DNA of 63,184 nt, filler included, from Collodictyon triciliatum (taxonomy: Eukaryota): the NCBI GenBank assembly GCA_043381765.1. It is 14 parts of 14 records of this genome, joined end to end, with 100 filler letters (N's around TTAATTAATTAA, not from the genome) between each part and the next. Parts side by side here need not be neighbours in the genome. Positions count along the whole stretch, not along the records: positions 40,704 to 45,120 come from JBHJMP010006122.1; positions 45,221 to 49,638 come from JBHJMP010006123.1; positions 49,739 to 54,154 come from JBHJMP010006124.1; positions 54,255 to 58,669 come from JBHJMP010006125.1; 10 more parts are not named here. One strand, written 5' to 3'. Below the pieces are notes generated by a model. That model did no database searches and was not told the origin of the DNA. It was given only the letters and a program-made list of their open reading frames with translations. The translations under genes and the position numbers were made by a program. This document shows positions 41,470 through 54,449 of the stretch, in pieces (within the stretch, counting starts at the first letter, position 1; each line of letters begins with the position of its first letter).

Positions 41470-44203
41470 TTATGCGTAGTATTGGAGCGAGGCCTTCTTC
41501 TTCGCCTGGACTTGGGCGATGCCCTCCATAAAGTCTTCGTGCTTGACCTGTATCGAGCCTGACTCAGTATACACAGAGAGGGAGAAGGGAAAGCCGCGAT
41601 AACAACGCAGTAAGGCAACAGACGTGACTGTTTCTTTATCAAATAAAGAGTGAAGGAGTAGACCGAATAAGGGCCTCATTGGACATAAATAACTTTGAGT
41701 CCAAATAGTGTGCACAAGACTGGAGTATAATTACGACGGAAAGAAAAATGCTAGGCCCATAAAAAGAAAAGAACGCGTTTTCGGATGTACGTATTGGATG
41801 CAGTCACCTGAGTCCCATTACGACGCAGAGCAAGCATTCCTGCTTCGACACAGACTGCCTTTAGCTGGGCGCCGTTAAAGTCATCTGTGCAACGAGCAAG
41901 CTCCTCAAAGTTGACGTCTGTGCAGTTGAAAATGAGAAACAATAGTGAGGCAGCGGATAGACAAGTTCATCATATCAACAGGAGAGAGAAAAACGCCTAT
42001 CATAGTTATGATTGCCCCGATTTACGTTCAATATTCCAATATTATTGGTTCATCGTATTCTCACCTGCTCCGTAATTCATCTTTCGGGAATGGATTTTGA
42101 GGATTTGTGCACGAGCGTCCTCTGTCGGGTGCGGAAGCTCAATCTTGCGGTCGAGACGTCCGGAACGCATGAGAGCGGGGTCTAGCACGTCAATGCGATT
42201 GGTGGCGGCGATGACCTACGGTTTAGATATACGGTGCAAGTTGAACAATACAGTATGGTGAGAGCTTTGTCACTGCGCCTGATTAATTGTTAATTCTTTT
42301 TTCATGTGTGTTCTACCTTTCTTTGATGCCTCATATGGTGCGTATCATGCCAAACGAAATGGAAGAAAAAGAAAGTGGGAGGTTTTATACAGGCTGGGGA
42401 AAAAAAAAGCATCAGACGCTACATGCACACCTTGACTTTGTCGTCCGATGAAAATCCATCGAGTTGATTAAGAAGCTCAAGCATAGTGCGCTGCACTTCT
42501 CTGTCTCCACTCACATCGCTGTCGAAACGTTTGGTTCCGATGGCATCGAGCTCATCAATGAAAATAATAGTCGGTGCCTTCTCTCGTGCGAGTGCAAAGG
42601 CGTCACGCACCATCTTGGCACCGTCTCCAATAAACATCTACAGGAGAATGACATGGATTGTCGTACATTTATGTGATGAGTGACATTACTCAACATCATA
42701 GCAAGTATGGATATGACTAAATCGAGTTCACCTATTCTTGTATGTTTCAACTAAATCAAGACAAAAAAAAAAGGGAAGAAAATGTGATATGAGATACGTA
42801 AAGGAATTTGTGTAGATATGAACGTATCAAACCTGGACGAGCTGTGGGCCTGCAAGCTTCAAGAAGGTGGACTCTGTCTTCGCGGCGCATGCACGTGCAA
42901 GGAGCGTTTTTCCAGTACCAGGCGGGCCGTACAAGCAGACACCTATTGGTCAGGACTAAATTTATTTGCAGTCTTTGCTTTCTGTATTCCTCATGTTTAT
43001 TTTCGGATGGCTATGTGGTTCGCTTCGAGAGAAATAGGTTATATTCTAGTTTTCCATTGTTCCGGTAACGTCGACGTTTTAATGAATATCACCTTTTGGT
43101 GGCTTGATGCCGATAGCGTCAAAACGTTCTTTGTGAGTCATCGGCAACACAACAGCTTCGATCAGCTCCTGAATCTGTTTTTCCAGTCCACCGACATCAC
43201 CATAGTCTTCCTTTGGCTTTTCGTCCACTTCCATGGCCTTCACTCGAGAATCGTATCTATGAAAAGTGATGAGAAATGGAAAGTTCACCAAATTGTAAGG
43301 ACAAAAAAAAAATGAAATAAAATGGCTCGTTTTTTTACTATAGACTGCTTTTGGGAGTTAAGTGCATGATTAGAAAATAATGATTTGTCACGCTTACTCA
43401 GCAGGGAGCGTATCCAATATCAGATAACTGTCTTTGTTCACCCCGACCAAGTCACCAGGTCTTAACTTTTCTGAATCCACAAGACCGACGACTGGTAAGA
43501 AGATAGTCTATGAAATAAAAACAAAAAGGTTATTTGACTCGTCTTGATAAAATATGTGAGCGAGAATTATTATAAGAAATGGGCTTAGAGCATGAATGTC
43601 ATAGAGTGACTGCATACTAAGGTACAAGCTAAGGCCTAAATTGACGAATACGAGTCCAGTAGACCTTTAATTATTAATACTCTCCAACAAAAAGAAAAAA
43701 ACCTGTCTGGTGGAAGTCTTGATCACAGCACAAGTGCCCTTTCGACCGGCATCCAGGTCCATATTACTGCCATCCTCTTCAGGCTCTTCCTCGTTCTCTA
43801 GCTTCAAAATCTGATAGGAGCCGCAGTTTATGTGTTGTGAAACCAATCCCGTTCACATCGGCTCGAGACAATGAGATATATTTACAGATAAAAAGGAAAA
43901 GGCGGGGTTTATCATGCAAGATTTGTGTTTAAGGCAAGAACCCACCTCAACCACGTTTCCAACCAAGTAGGGAAGCTGTTTGTTCATTTTGATTTTTTCC
44001 ACGTTGTCTTTGAGTTTGTGTTGCATACTGGCGATTTCATGCGTAAGACGCGTGTTTTCACTGTTCATGAAGCGGATTTCTCCTTCGATCTGCGACACAC
44101 GCCCCCGTATTTCCACTGCCGTCATTGCCGCGACCTCGTCTCCAAAATCCTGGTGTCCTTCGTCGGCACCCCAAATGGCCTGGTCTTCAAGCGTTCGGTT
44201 CAT
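41470..44203 (-). CDS. RPT5: 26S proteasome regulatory ATPase subunit 6A (Rpt5/PSMC3), 9 exons, complete
   Basis: [31 protein letters not shown], Walker A GPPGTGKT, Walker [18 protein letters not shown]...[37 protein letters not shown], and C-terminal [10 protein letters not shown] (HbYX). All introns are GT-AG. Confidence 0.98.
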
Positions 44204-45220
44204 GGTCGCGAATCGGGCTGATCGGTGCTTGGCTTTCTTTTTCTCTTTCTCTTTGCTTTGAGCCTCCTTTCTAGCTTTTCAAATCGTGACAGAAAAGCAA
44301 AATATGAAGAGGAAAAAGGGAGCGCGTTATTGCTATTAGACGAGAGGCTCTTCATACTGAGAAGAAGAAAAAGCCCTCACAGCTATTTTATCTTTGAAAT
44401 GACTCTTGAATATTGGGAAGTTGCGCGAGGAAGAGCGCCGTGGGCTTTGCAACGTGACTTTTGTACAGTTATGTATATCTTTTTAAGGTACAACCAGTAA
44501 ATAGCAATAGCAGTAATGGCTCGTAAGAGGTGAGGGATAAGTTAATAGTGATCCTTGTGTTTCTTCACTAAGGTTTGGAGAGGCTTTGCGTAAGCGATCA
44601 CAACTTTGTGGAGAGAAAGTCTCGAGAAGCGGGGTTGCACGATTGTCTGTACTTGAATGAGTTGGCTGATCGAGATTAGTATTGGGCTTTCGGAGCAGAT
44701 GAATCGAACTGATCGATGCGAGGAAGCGCGCATAGGGCAACTCGAAGATTATTCTGGTATCATTGGACTGTCAACAGCATTGGTATCACATATGAATAAT
44801 TGAATATATATTATAGTAAATAGTCATATAATTAGGCAATTTAATCGCATAAAATACAATTATTGTTACAAGAAGTCTTATTTTCCGTATTTAGATAATC
44901 GACACCTTTTTGATAGTTTCTCAGCCAATCCAACCTCGCTCTAATCGCATCTGCAGCCAGACTTCTTTGATGATCACAAGCCGGTCGCCTGTCGATCAAG
45001 GAATCTCGAAGAGCCACAATCATTCCCGATTAATGAGAAGAAAAAAAACAAAAAAACAAAAACAAAAAAACAAAAACAAAAAAAACAAAAAAAAAAAACA
45101 GAAAAAACAGAAAAAAAGAANNNNNNNNNNNNNNNNNNNNNNNNNNNNNNNNNNNNNNNNNNNNTTAATTAATTAANNNNNNNNNNNNNNNNNNNNNNNN
45201 NNNNNNNNNNNNNNNNNNNN

Positions 45221-45849
45221 GCTTTTACTTGTCGTTCGTTGTTCGCGGCTGGCGGACGCTCTTTAAGGATGCACTTTGGACACTTTTTGCCCATGACCGT
45301 AAACTTTGCAGGGAGCTGGCTCTTATGACAAAGAAGCTTCACCACGGCCGTGTCTGTGAAGAAGCCTTTGTCCTTTTTGATGTCCACATGGGTCGGTCTG
45401 AACGGCTTAAGCTCCTCACGAAGGAGTTGCGGCCACACGTCCAGCGGTAGTTGGTAGAGCATCACCGAGGTCTCTGTTGATTTACTTCTGCCGAAGCTGT
45501 TCGTAATATCGCCCAAACTTACCTGCCTCAGCTCTAGAAGCTTTCCGGTATTTTCTGCAGTGCGGAAGACAATCAGGCAAAGGCCTTCGCTGTCCGGTAA
45601 GCGCAATTGGATGGACTCTTCCCAAATCTTGTTCGCTTTCAAGAAGTAGGCGAGCACATATGTAAGCCTGCGGGCCTTGTTCTTGTTGTAAACGACTTGC
45701 TCGACCCCGTGCAAAAATATTGTCCGCTCAGACAGACTTGCAGGCGGCTTCCTTGCTCGGGTCTTCCTAGACTTACGTGAAACTCGAGTTTTCTCCGCAT
45801 CAGTGTTGGAACCAGAAGAACTGGCTGCAATCCAAGGTGTGGCTTCCAT
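45221..45849 (-). mobile_element. 5' part of a probable non-LTR retrotransposon ORF1 (L1/Tx1-like RRM-type), truncated by contig end
   Basis: Intronless, GC-richer ORF with VMLYQLPLDVWPQLLREELKPF...KGFFTDTAVVKL...LPAKFTVMGKK, resembling LINE ORF1p. The contig breaks inside it without a microsatellite, as expected of a multicopy repeat. Confidence 0.5.
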
Positions 45850-47082
45850 TCATATTTATTCCTACTGCGCCACTCTGCGGGATTGATGGCTTATCACTCT
45901 ACTGTGGCATATGTGGTTGCAGATATTGCATCTATCGACTTTTATTATCTTCATGAAGCTATGGGCACGCTTGGGCAGTATTGTGCCATAACATTTCGAA
46001 TGTACCCAATATTAGTCTGTGCCGGCTAATAGAGCAGCATCTCTTTGCGGGTCTCTTGCTGGGAAGGCACTAAATGGTTGAAGAATGTGATACACCCCTT
46101 TTGAACCATACTGTTGTCAAATCGCTCTGTTTTTTATTTTATTTCCTTGCATTCGTTTGCCAGAGTTTTAGTTCTAACGATTCTCAGTAATGAGCCGGGC
46201 CATTGTAAATTAGAGCACGTGAACAACCCGATTTACCAGGATTCGTATGGCAAAAATATTAGCGAATCCCGTCCTCCTATGTTAAGTGATTGGCGTTCGA
46301 GATTATGAACACTTTTGACTCATAATTCATATTCACGGTTGCATTATCGGGAGAAAATTCGATATGTAACGCGAAAAACTATGTGTAATAATATTGAATT
46401 ATTCTTACTTATTACTAAACCAAACATATAACAATTTTTTCTGGTTTCTTCCTTTTCTTCCTGGTAATTTTCTTGCCTCTTGAGGTTCAACGCATGACAC
46501 ATATGCTTTTTATGCATAAATGTGATACTATTTTAGCCGGTTGTTACTCCACAGAATATTTTATTTATACGATTAATAATAGACTCTCAGATGATATAAC
46601 ATGATAAGGCACAAAAATTTTTTTTTTGTTTTCGCACACAGCAAAGCGCCCCAAACGATGTGTCAGTTATTCCAAAGTCGGCTGTCAATTTTTTGGTAAT
46701 GTCAATAAATGTGGAATTTACATCATGACGTCTTAATACTCCCATCATCTGCAATATACCTTCGCATTATTCTAAAATATATTGACTAGTATATAATTTT
46801 ATATATCTAGTGTATCATTTATTACGTACTACTATTATCTCTGCAATACCAAAATATACACGACTCAGCTTCTATTGAATATCTCAGACCTTTTCAACCG
46901 CCGCAAGAAACAAAAGATAACCAAACGAAAGAAAGAAAACGGAACAAAAAAGTGCAATAAAAAAGAAAAAGAGTGAGGCTGACGATACTAGCCAATGAAA
47001 GACCCTTAGAAAATAAAGACCATAGCCCTCTCCAATATTCTTGGATACTCAAAGTAAATACGTTTTATATTTAAAGTCGAAG

Positions 47083-49113
47083 ATGAATAGAGTGACAAAC
47101 ACGAGCCTGTTCCAGCTTCAGATCGAAGATATGGATATCCTTCAAGACAGAGACAGAAATAGAGTAACGAACACACGGAAAGAAAAACCAGATGTTGCAA
47201 AAGAAATAGAGGATTATGACGAACATTGCGTTTCCGCTGCAAAGGAGAGTGAGAATCGACAGGATATACCCCATGAAAATGTTCGATACGGAATAGCACG
47301 AACCGGTCACTCTTCAACACCACAAGTACAAGGACAGCCAGAAATCAGTGATGAGATACCTGCAGGAACCATTTCAGCCAGACGTAGGGAAAACATAAAG
47401 CTTGTGCTGGGTCTCAATTATCAATTCATCAGAAAGAGAAACACGATTTACTCTAGGTTCCTGAATCCTAATATCATGGAATTCATGTACAAATGGGTAT
47501 GGAATAATAAAGTCAGTTTTTTTGTGAACCATATAATTTGGATTGTAATAACTATCATCGGGTTTCTGTTCCTGTGTAAAATCAACCTTTTACCTATGAG
47601 TGTTTACATTCCATTGCAAATGGTATTCACGGTATACTTTCTTTCCTGTCACTTTGCATTTGTTAATATCCATATTCTCAAGTATGCTGTTGTGTCATTC
47701 AACTTCTGGTATTTACTGTTCCATATGGTCGTATCCAACATCTATATGGTATACATCTGGGATGGAGATATTGGAGTTTTTATGGGATGTGTGCACTACT
47801 TTTCTAGCTGCTTGTATTTACTACTAATTGATTCATTTATGTTTAAAAGAACCACCTTCCTGATTCTAACATGCATATTTAGTATTCTAGGGTCACTTTC
47901 AATAACATCGATTATCAAGCTGTCGTATCTGTTCATGGAACTGGAAGACAAATCGCTTGTATACTCTGGTATCCAGCTGATAAACTTCAAGTCACAAGCA
48001 GTGGACAGCATGAGCGTATTAATAGTATACGCCATTCGAGTTCTTGTTTTCAAGTTGATGCGAGACCGCTCATCAATGACACTACTTGAGGACCACTACA
48101 ATATATTCTTGGCCAAGGAACGTCCCATGAACGAAATTGAGCCCTTATTCTCTCGACCATTCAAACTTGAGGCTCCATCGCCACAAAGCCCCAAACAACC
48201 AACCCGAAAAGTCTTACCAATCCCTCTTGAGCAAAATGAAGAAAATAGCGGTGCCAGAGAATTTCTCCCAGTAGAGCCAGGGAACCAAGACAATATTGTT
48301 GGAAGCATAGACACCTGTGGCCTGACCATACCACCACACGTTATGCAAAACCCTCAGGATTACATGATTTTCGGAATATACAAAGAACATACAATAATAT
48401 TGAATAGGCACCACACAATATACCACATTTACCTCCAAGACCGATTTCCATCCATCCAAAAAATCATAAGTTCAAAAGTATACTCATATAGTGGTATTCT
48501 CATCAATATGACTTCGTCAATTATGTATTTGACGATAATTATTATCGGACACAGAATTAGTCCCATCAATCAAACGGTATGTGCGATGTGGATGGCATTG
48601 TCGATGATAAACCTTATTACTCAAATCATCATCACGTCCAACATACTGATGGTCAAGAGAATGCTGATGTCTTTTGATTACTGGTATGTCACATGGCTCT
48701 CAGCTCAAGTGTGCTTCAGTGGAGGAATATTGATGAGTTTCGATTGGCGACTCGTTGTATGGATGTGGTATTTTGTGGCAGCTCAGTGGTACATGTTTAT
48801 TGACTCGTTCTCACCAAAGCTTCGGAAAATGACTTACTTTTCGGTCATTGGAATCGTTTTCAGTATTGCAACAGCCTTTCTTTGTAAGCTTGGATACGGT
48901 TCTATTTTTGAAGAGGATATAACCATTAAATGGGGAGATGTCGATATCCTCGATGTGAGGTCGACGTTTTCAGGAAGTGTATTTTCATGGTGTCTTTTCA
49001 TGACGCGCTTTCTATATGGCTTTTGGAAAAATCCTATGCGGTCGCAGTTTGTGACAAGAAAGTTCCGGATGTGCTCTGTCCAGAGTTACATCGACTCAAA
49101 TCCGCATCGCTGA
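47083..49113 (+). CDS. Intronless multipass membrane protein with two related hydrophobic halves; function unknown
   Basis: About 676-aa ORF from ATG 47083. Two TM clusters carry parallel motifs NIHILKYAVVSFNFWY...LLIDSF and NILMVKRMLMSFDYWY...MFIDSF. Confidence 0.85.
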   Translation: MNRVTNTSLFQLQIEDMDILQDRDRNRVTNTRKEKPDVAKEIEDYDEHCVSAAKESENRQDIPHENVRYGIARTGHSSTPQVQGQPEISDEIPAGTISARRRENIKLVLGLNYQFIRKRNTIYSRFLNPNIMEFMYKWVWNNKVSFFVNHIIWIVITIIGFLFLCKINLLPMSVYIPLQMVFTVYFLSCHFAFVNIHILKYAVVSFNFWYLLFHMVVSNIYMVYIWDGDIGVFMGCVHYFSSCLYLLLIDSFMFKRTTFLILTCIFSILGSLSITSIIKLSYLFMELEDKSLVYSGIQLINFKSQAVDSMSVLIVYAIRVLVFKLMRDRSSMTLLEDHYNIFLAKERPMNEIEPLFSRPFKLEAPSPQSPKQPTRKVLPIPLEQNEENSGAREFLPVEPGNQDNIVGSIDTCGLTIPPHVMQNPQDYMIFGIYKEHTIILNRHHTIYHIYLQDRFPSIQKIISSKVYSYSGILINMTSSIMYLTIIIIGHRISPINQTVCAMWMALSMINLITQIIITSNILMVKRMLMSFDYWYVTWLSAQVCFSGGILMSFDWRLVVWMWYFVAAQWYMFIDSFSPKLRKMTYFSVIGIVFSIATAFLCKLGYGSIFEEDITIKWGDVDILDVRSTFSGSVFSWCLFMTRFLYGFWKNPMRSQFVTRKFRMCSVQSYIDSNPHR

Positions 49114-49544
49114 TTACGGCCATCATTTTTTTTTATTTTACTACCAAACAATCTTCATTCTCTGAGCTTTTTTCTTGTGTCCCAAACTGTGTCGATAAAA
49201 CTTGGAAGAAATAACAATAAAAACGAAGTAAAATAAAATACCATAGATCTGGTTGTGGTACTCCAGCAAAGTCCAGGATTATCATTTTATCGAAGTGCAA
49301 CGCATTACGAGAAGTAGGAGGGCGCCACGAGCTGCTGTGTGAGAAGTGTGAGTTGGTCTTCGCTGAAGCATTGCTTGTGGATGTGCCACATGTCCTGGTG
49401 GGTCTTCCAAAAGTCTCCAAAGGCCTTCTTCACGGATGTCTGGATTAAAGCGCCGAATTACAATAACCATCTTCACCACATGAAAGATACTTTGAATCGA
49501 ATAAAGGAAAAAAAAAACCACATGAAAGATAAAAGAGATAAAAG

Positions 49545-49638
49545 AGAGAGAAAAAAAGAGAGAAAAAAAGAGAGAAAAAAAGAGAGAAAAAAAGAGAGAA
49601 AAAAAGAGAGAAAAAAAGAGAGAAAAAAAGAGAGAAAA
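49545..49638. repeat. 12-nt purine tandem repeat (AAAAAAAGAGAG)n at contig end
   Basis: Visible array. Confidence 0.9.
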
Positions 49639-50644
49639 NNNNNNNNNNNNNNNNNNNNNNNNNNNNNNNNNNNNNNNNNNNNTTAATTAATTAANNNNNN
49701 NNNNNNNNNNNNNNNNNNNNNNNNNNNNNNNNNNNNNNCGGCGATAAGCACCGACGTGGTTTGAAAGCCCGGCAGTCCAAATACACACACACACACACAC
49801 AAAAAAAAAAAAGGAGCAACCAAGCCCACAACAATGCGGGCAGGCACACTTTGTAAGAAGTGGATCCTCTAAATGTCACTCTTGGCCTGTCTGAAACATG
49901 TAGACCTTCGACTCCTCCGTTCTATGGTCTATTCTTTTCCGTCTTGTGTCTCGCCTTCTCTCTGGGGATCAGCATCCTGCAGTTTGGGTCTAAGAAGCTC
50001 ACCACATCGCTTCTAGTTCATTCGTCCTCTTAGCTCGCTGGCGAGAAGCAACATGATTCTCAGGTAAATTCAACGAAAGAAAAATAAAATTTGCAAGTGT
50101 GGCTTTTCTTATCTGGAAAAAATAATGTATTTGCCACAAAATAATTATTATTCCCATATTTTCATTGATATACATGATAAACTATATATTATTGTATTAT
50201 TGGCACAATTATAATTTTAGTTGCACTTTGCGAGGATGAACATCCCTTAGCCGTGTATATGGTGAGCGTTGAGACGGTGCATCAAGAGCTCAGCTCCAGC
50301 CGGATGCAAACGTATCTGCAAGGTCGAGGCAAGCTCTCTCTGGGCTGTGTGGGTCTTCGCTCTGTGGATAAGGAAACGACGGAAGGATCTAATCGACATA
50401 TGCATCAACAAACTTGATATCTCGGCCGATCTCTACCCGATCAATAGCACCGTATTTTTTGCACTGGCCAGGCGCAGATCTTCTACCGGGGGTTATCTGT
50501 CATGCAGAGTCATTTTCTATGCGCACCCTTGTAATTTCAGCGTACAAAGACTAAAAAAAAAACATGGTTGGGGTGGGGTAGCATTCAGGTATATTTTCTT
50601 TAATGTGTTTTGGAGTAGATCTGCATCCTTAGATTCGCACAGTG

Positions 50645-53019
50645 ATGGCCGACCAAGCTGCAGTCCAACCCAGCCCACGCGGAGAAAGCAAGGCCGTCGC
50701 ACCTGCTTCTAGCGTCCTCTACCCTGCGATCTTTGTCTCTAAGCTCTGGGATATTGTCAACGACTCGAAAAATTGGGTTTGTGACTTTTCGTTTCTCCTT
50801 GCAGTTCCGACTCATCTGTAATTTCGGGAATATTTTGTTCAAAAAACAAACAAAACAAAACAAAACAAAACAAAACAAAACAAAACAAAACAAAACAAAA
50901 CAAAACAAAACAAAACAAAACAAAACAAAACAAAACAAAACAAAACAAAACAAAACAACCCTGCGCGTTAGGATGCGGTACGCTGGACAGACGACGGCAC
51001 TACGATTAGAATTATCGATAAGAAGCTTTTTGAATCAAGGGTCCTACCAAGCTATTTCCAACATAATAAGTTTATTTCTTTTGTGAGGCAATTGAACGCT
51101 TATGGCTTCCACAAGGTGTCTAAAATAATTCATTCGTTGAGAAAACATTGCAATATTTAATTAATATTTGGACTCCTGTATGATTTATGCATGGGAAAGA
51201 GAAAGAGACACACTTTTATTGGAATCATGTTGATGATTGAATTCGAGAAAATTCGACACATGTAATTTTTTTCATATTAATGACAATAAGTATGATTCAG
51301 GTAGTAGACTCATCAGAGTATCTAGAATTTCAGCACCCAATTTTTCAGCGAAACAGACACGAACATCTCAAAGTAATTAAATATTTTCCATACATTTATC
51401 TTTATCATCATTATCAAGATTCTTTTCACTTCATCTCTTCACTTTTTATTTTCCAAAACGTCGAATTAATCATTTTTTTTTAAAAAAAAATAATTTCGGG
51501 AACAAATCGAAGTCTATTCAAAGAAAAAAAGGGGAACGGAGAAAAGGAAAGGCTGGTACAGGAAATCCAGGAGAGAATGATGAGTCTTGGGAGCAAGTAA
51601 CCATTTAACATACTTTTATCAAAGAAAATATGCATGGTTTTTTGCTCTCAACTTACCTTAAACCAAAATTAGGAGCCAAATGTACATGAGGAGACCGGAG
51701 CTGGTTCTGATTCTCATATTCTCGAACCTTATTCAGAGTACGACTCAGTCCCTACGATATATCCAACTGGCATACCCCTGAATTTGAGTCGCCCAAATAT
51801 TATACCAGCAATCACAGAAAACACTTTACAGTCGAGGCTGAACCAATTGCCAGAGTATGAACCAACCTACCATTTGCAGAAAGACTTACAAGCCAAAGCA
51901 CACAACCATTCTACATCACAGAATCAAGGACATCACAATACATATCAAACAAATTCGTCAATAAGACCGCAAAATCAAATAGTAATGTCGGTTGGTTCGT
52001 CTCCTGTTGACCAAAGCTCTGTTTATAAAACAAACGCGCAGAATCAAATCACCATTGTTTCTCAATCAGCAACAATTAATGAAGGCAATTCAAATTCTCA
52101 ACCTATTTCACCAAATATGGTTGTGCCCACACAGTTGTTAAAGAGTATTTTATTCGAAGTAATATATTACCTTTGCATTTATGCCTTCATAAAGAAATCC
52201 ACAAAACTGATATTTTATATTGAGATAAAAAAAAAGAAGAAAGAAGGCCTAGTCACCTTGATTGATATACATATTACTTACTCTGTCTCCCATGATCAGG
52301 TACAGGAGTTAAAAACTGGGATGCAAAGAATTTTAATGGATGTCAAGAAATTACAAGAGCAGAACCAAGAGACCCAACAATATATGTTTTCGATTCTACA
52401 AGAAATATTTTCACCAGCAGCAAACGCAGATACACAAAATTATCTTAATCTAGATGGGCGAGAGTATTACCAAGCTGGGAGTGGAAATGGTATTTTATCA
52501 ACTGCCTCCCCATAACTTTGTTCATTCCTAACTGGAAACATGGTATCCTCTTTATGTAATTCATGTATTCTTGATGTGGAATCGTAATTTCTTTTTTCTT
52601 GGGCGGGTTAAATAACAACAGGGCTTTCCTCTGGAAGTTTCCGATCGTCAGGAACAAGGGCACCCGGACCAACTCTCTCTTTGGAAGCCTCGATGGGCGT
52701 ATTTAGACAATCTGGAAATGTTTGACGTTTCTCGCTTTATACTGACTGGAGCTCACCCTTTAGCCTGAAATAGTTTCTAATGTTTAACGGTCTTGCTATA
52801 TAATCTGACATTTAGGACTCACAACTGATGCCATCTCCACTGCCGATTGCCAATACCCCATTCCAGCAACCTTTCATGAGCCCATATTTCCCTCAGCACC
52901 AATACCCCCGCCACACGTTGTACGCCCAACCCCCAAGCTCAATCAGCGACAATATGATGACATCACCACCAACAAGCGACATGTTGCTGGCAGGAGACCT
53001 CGCCCCTCAACCAGAGTAA
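50645..53019 (+). CDS. Heat-shock-factor (HSF) type transcription factor, multi-exon
   Basis: Spliced DNA-binding domain FVSKLWDIVNDSKNW|DAVRWTDDGTTIRIID...VLPSYFQHNKFISFVRQLNAYGFHK|...EFQHPIFQR...|SIQRKK, followed by a coiled coil VQELKTGMQRILMDVKKLQEQNQ. Confidence 0.92.
50840..50955. repeat. (CAAAA)n microsatellite in the first HSF coding intron
   Basis: Perfect pentanucleotide array. Confidence 0.95.
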
Positions 53020-54254
53020 TTTTTATGTTTTGTGAAAATTGTTCTGAAACTAATGGACAATCATGCGGTCAGATGGCATTTTTTTACTTTTTTTTTCAAT
53101 TTTTTCTTTTTTATTTTTAATTCTTGATTTGTGATCTTTGCTTGGATTATTTGATACCTAATCATGAAACATGCATAACAGCGAACATCCAAACCACATG
53201 CCAAACTCTGATCAGTTCTAAGGCTCGCCTGATATTGACACTTTAGGAATCCTTCCATTTCCTTATACTATTTACCCGAACGAATAATCTGGTATTACCC
53301 AATATCAATTCATCTTTCCTCGTTGCTATCATTATCCTCGTCTGGGTAATCCCATCCGAAAAAAAAAAGAGCCTATAAACCAAATTGCTGGTGTTTTTTG
53401 GTGGATTTCATTATGTAAGTAGTAAATTTTATGGTCCTTATATCAGGTCGCCTGTACTTTTCAATTATTATTATTGCTGTTGTTGGTGTTGTTATTATTA
53501 GTGGCATAGCTGGATAGATGTATATGGCTATATATTATTAATGCTGCATTATTTTTTTCCCAATATCACCTTATCTGTCCTGATGCAATTTGATTGCAAT
53601 TCAAAATGTTGGTACAGATTATACTTTATGTGAATGGACGCGGCTTTAATCGGCCTTTATTGACCTTTATTAAAGAAAAGTTGATGCATCACCATGATTG
53701 ATAGTTCAGGAAAGAAAGGAAAGTAGAGAAGGGGAGGTTAGACGACTGTGTATTGTTCTTTTGGCCAAGAGCTGAGTATATCGCCACTTATTTCATTCTC
53801 ATCTCCGTGAGCTTAGGTGTAGGATATGAAGGCTGCGGTGGGTTGTCAACCAAACTCTATTTCCTTCTATGTAAATCAGAAATCTTAATTCGTGCACATC
53901 TGGTTCATCTAGCCTTTATGAAAGGATGGGTGCTAGAACCCACACCACGAAACCCAGTATCCCTCATTTTTTATCTAAGCCCTCATATCTTAACATTATC
54001 AATAATGAGGGCCCACCTTGTCCCCTTTTCTCTTTTACTTTTTCTTTTTCTCTTTTTTTTCTCTTTTTTTCTCTTTTTTTCTCTTTTTTTCTCTTTTTTT
54101 CTCTTTTTTTCTCTTTTTTTCTTTTTTATTTTTTATTTCTTTTTTCTCTTTTTTNNNNNNNNNNNNNNNNNNNNNNNNNNNNNNNNNNNNNNNNNNNNTT
54201 AATTAATTAANNNNNNNNNNNNNNNNNNNNNNNNNNNNNNNNNNNNNNNNNNNN

Positions 54255-54400
54255 AAAGAATAGAAAAAGAATAGAAAAAGAATAGAAAAAGAATAGAAAA
54301 AGAATAGAAAAAGAATAGAAAAAGAATAGAAAAAGAATAGAAAAAGAATAGAACAAGAATAGAACAAGAATAGAACAAGAATAGAACAAGAATAGAACAA
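54255..54400. repeat. 11-nt tandem repeat (AAAAAGAATAG)n grading into (AACAAGAATAG)n
   Basis: Visible array with a single variant switch. Confidence 0.93.
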
Positions 54401-54449
54401 GAAAATAAATGAATTGGGGTCGCATAGTACATCATGACGAGTTCAGTAC

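Noticed and set aside
44483-45030. Two minus-strand exon-like segments upstream of RPT5
   Set aside because: Probably the 3' end of a neighbouring gene, but too short and motif-free to call.
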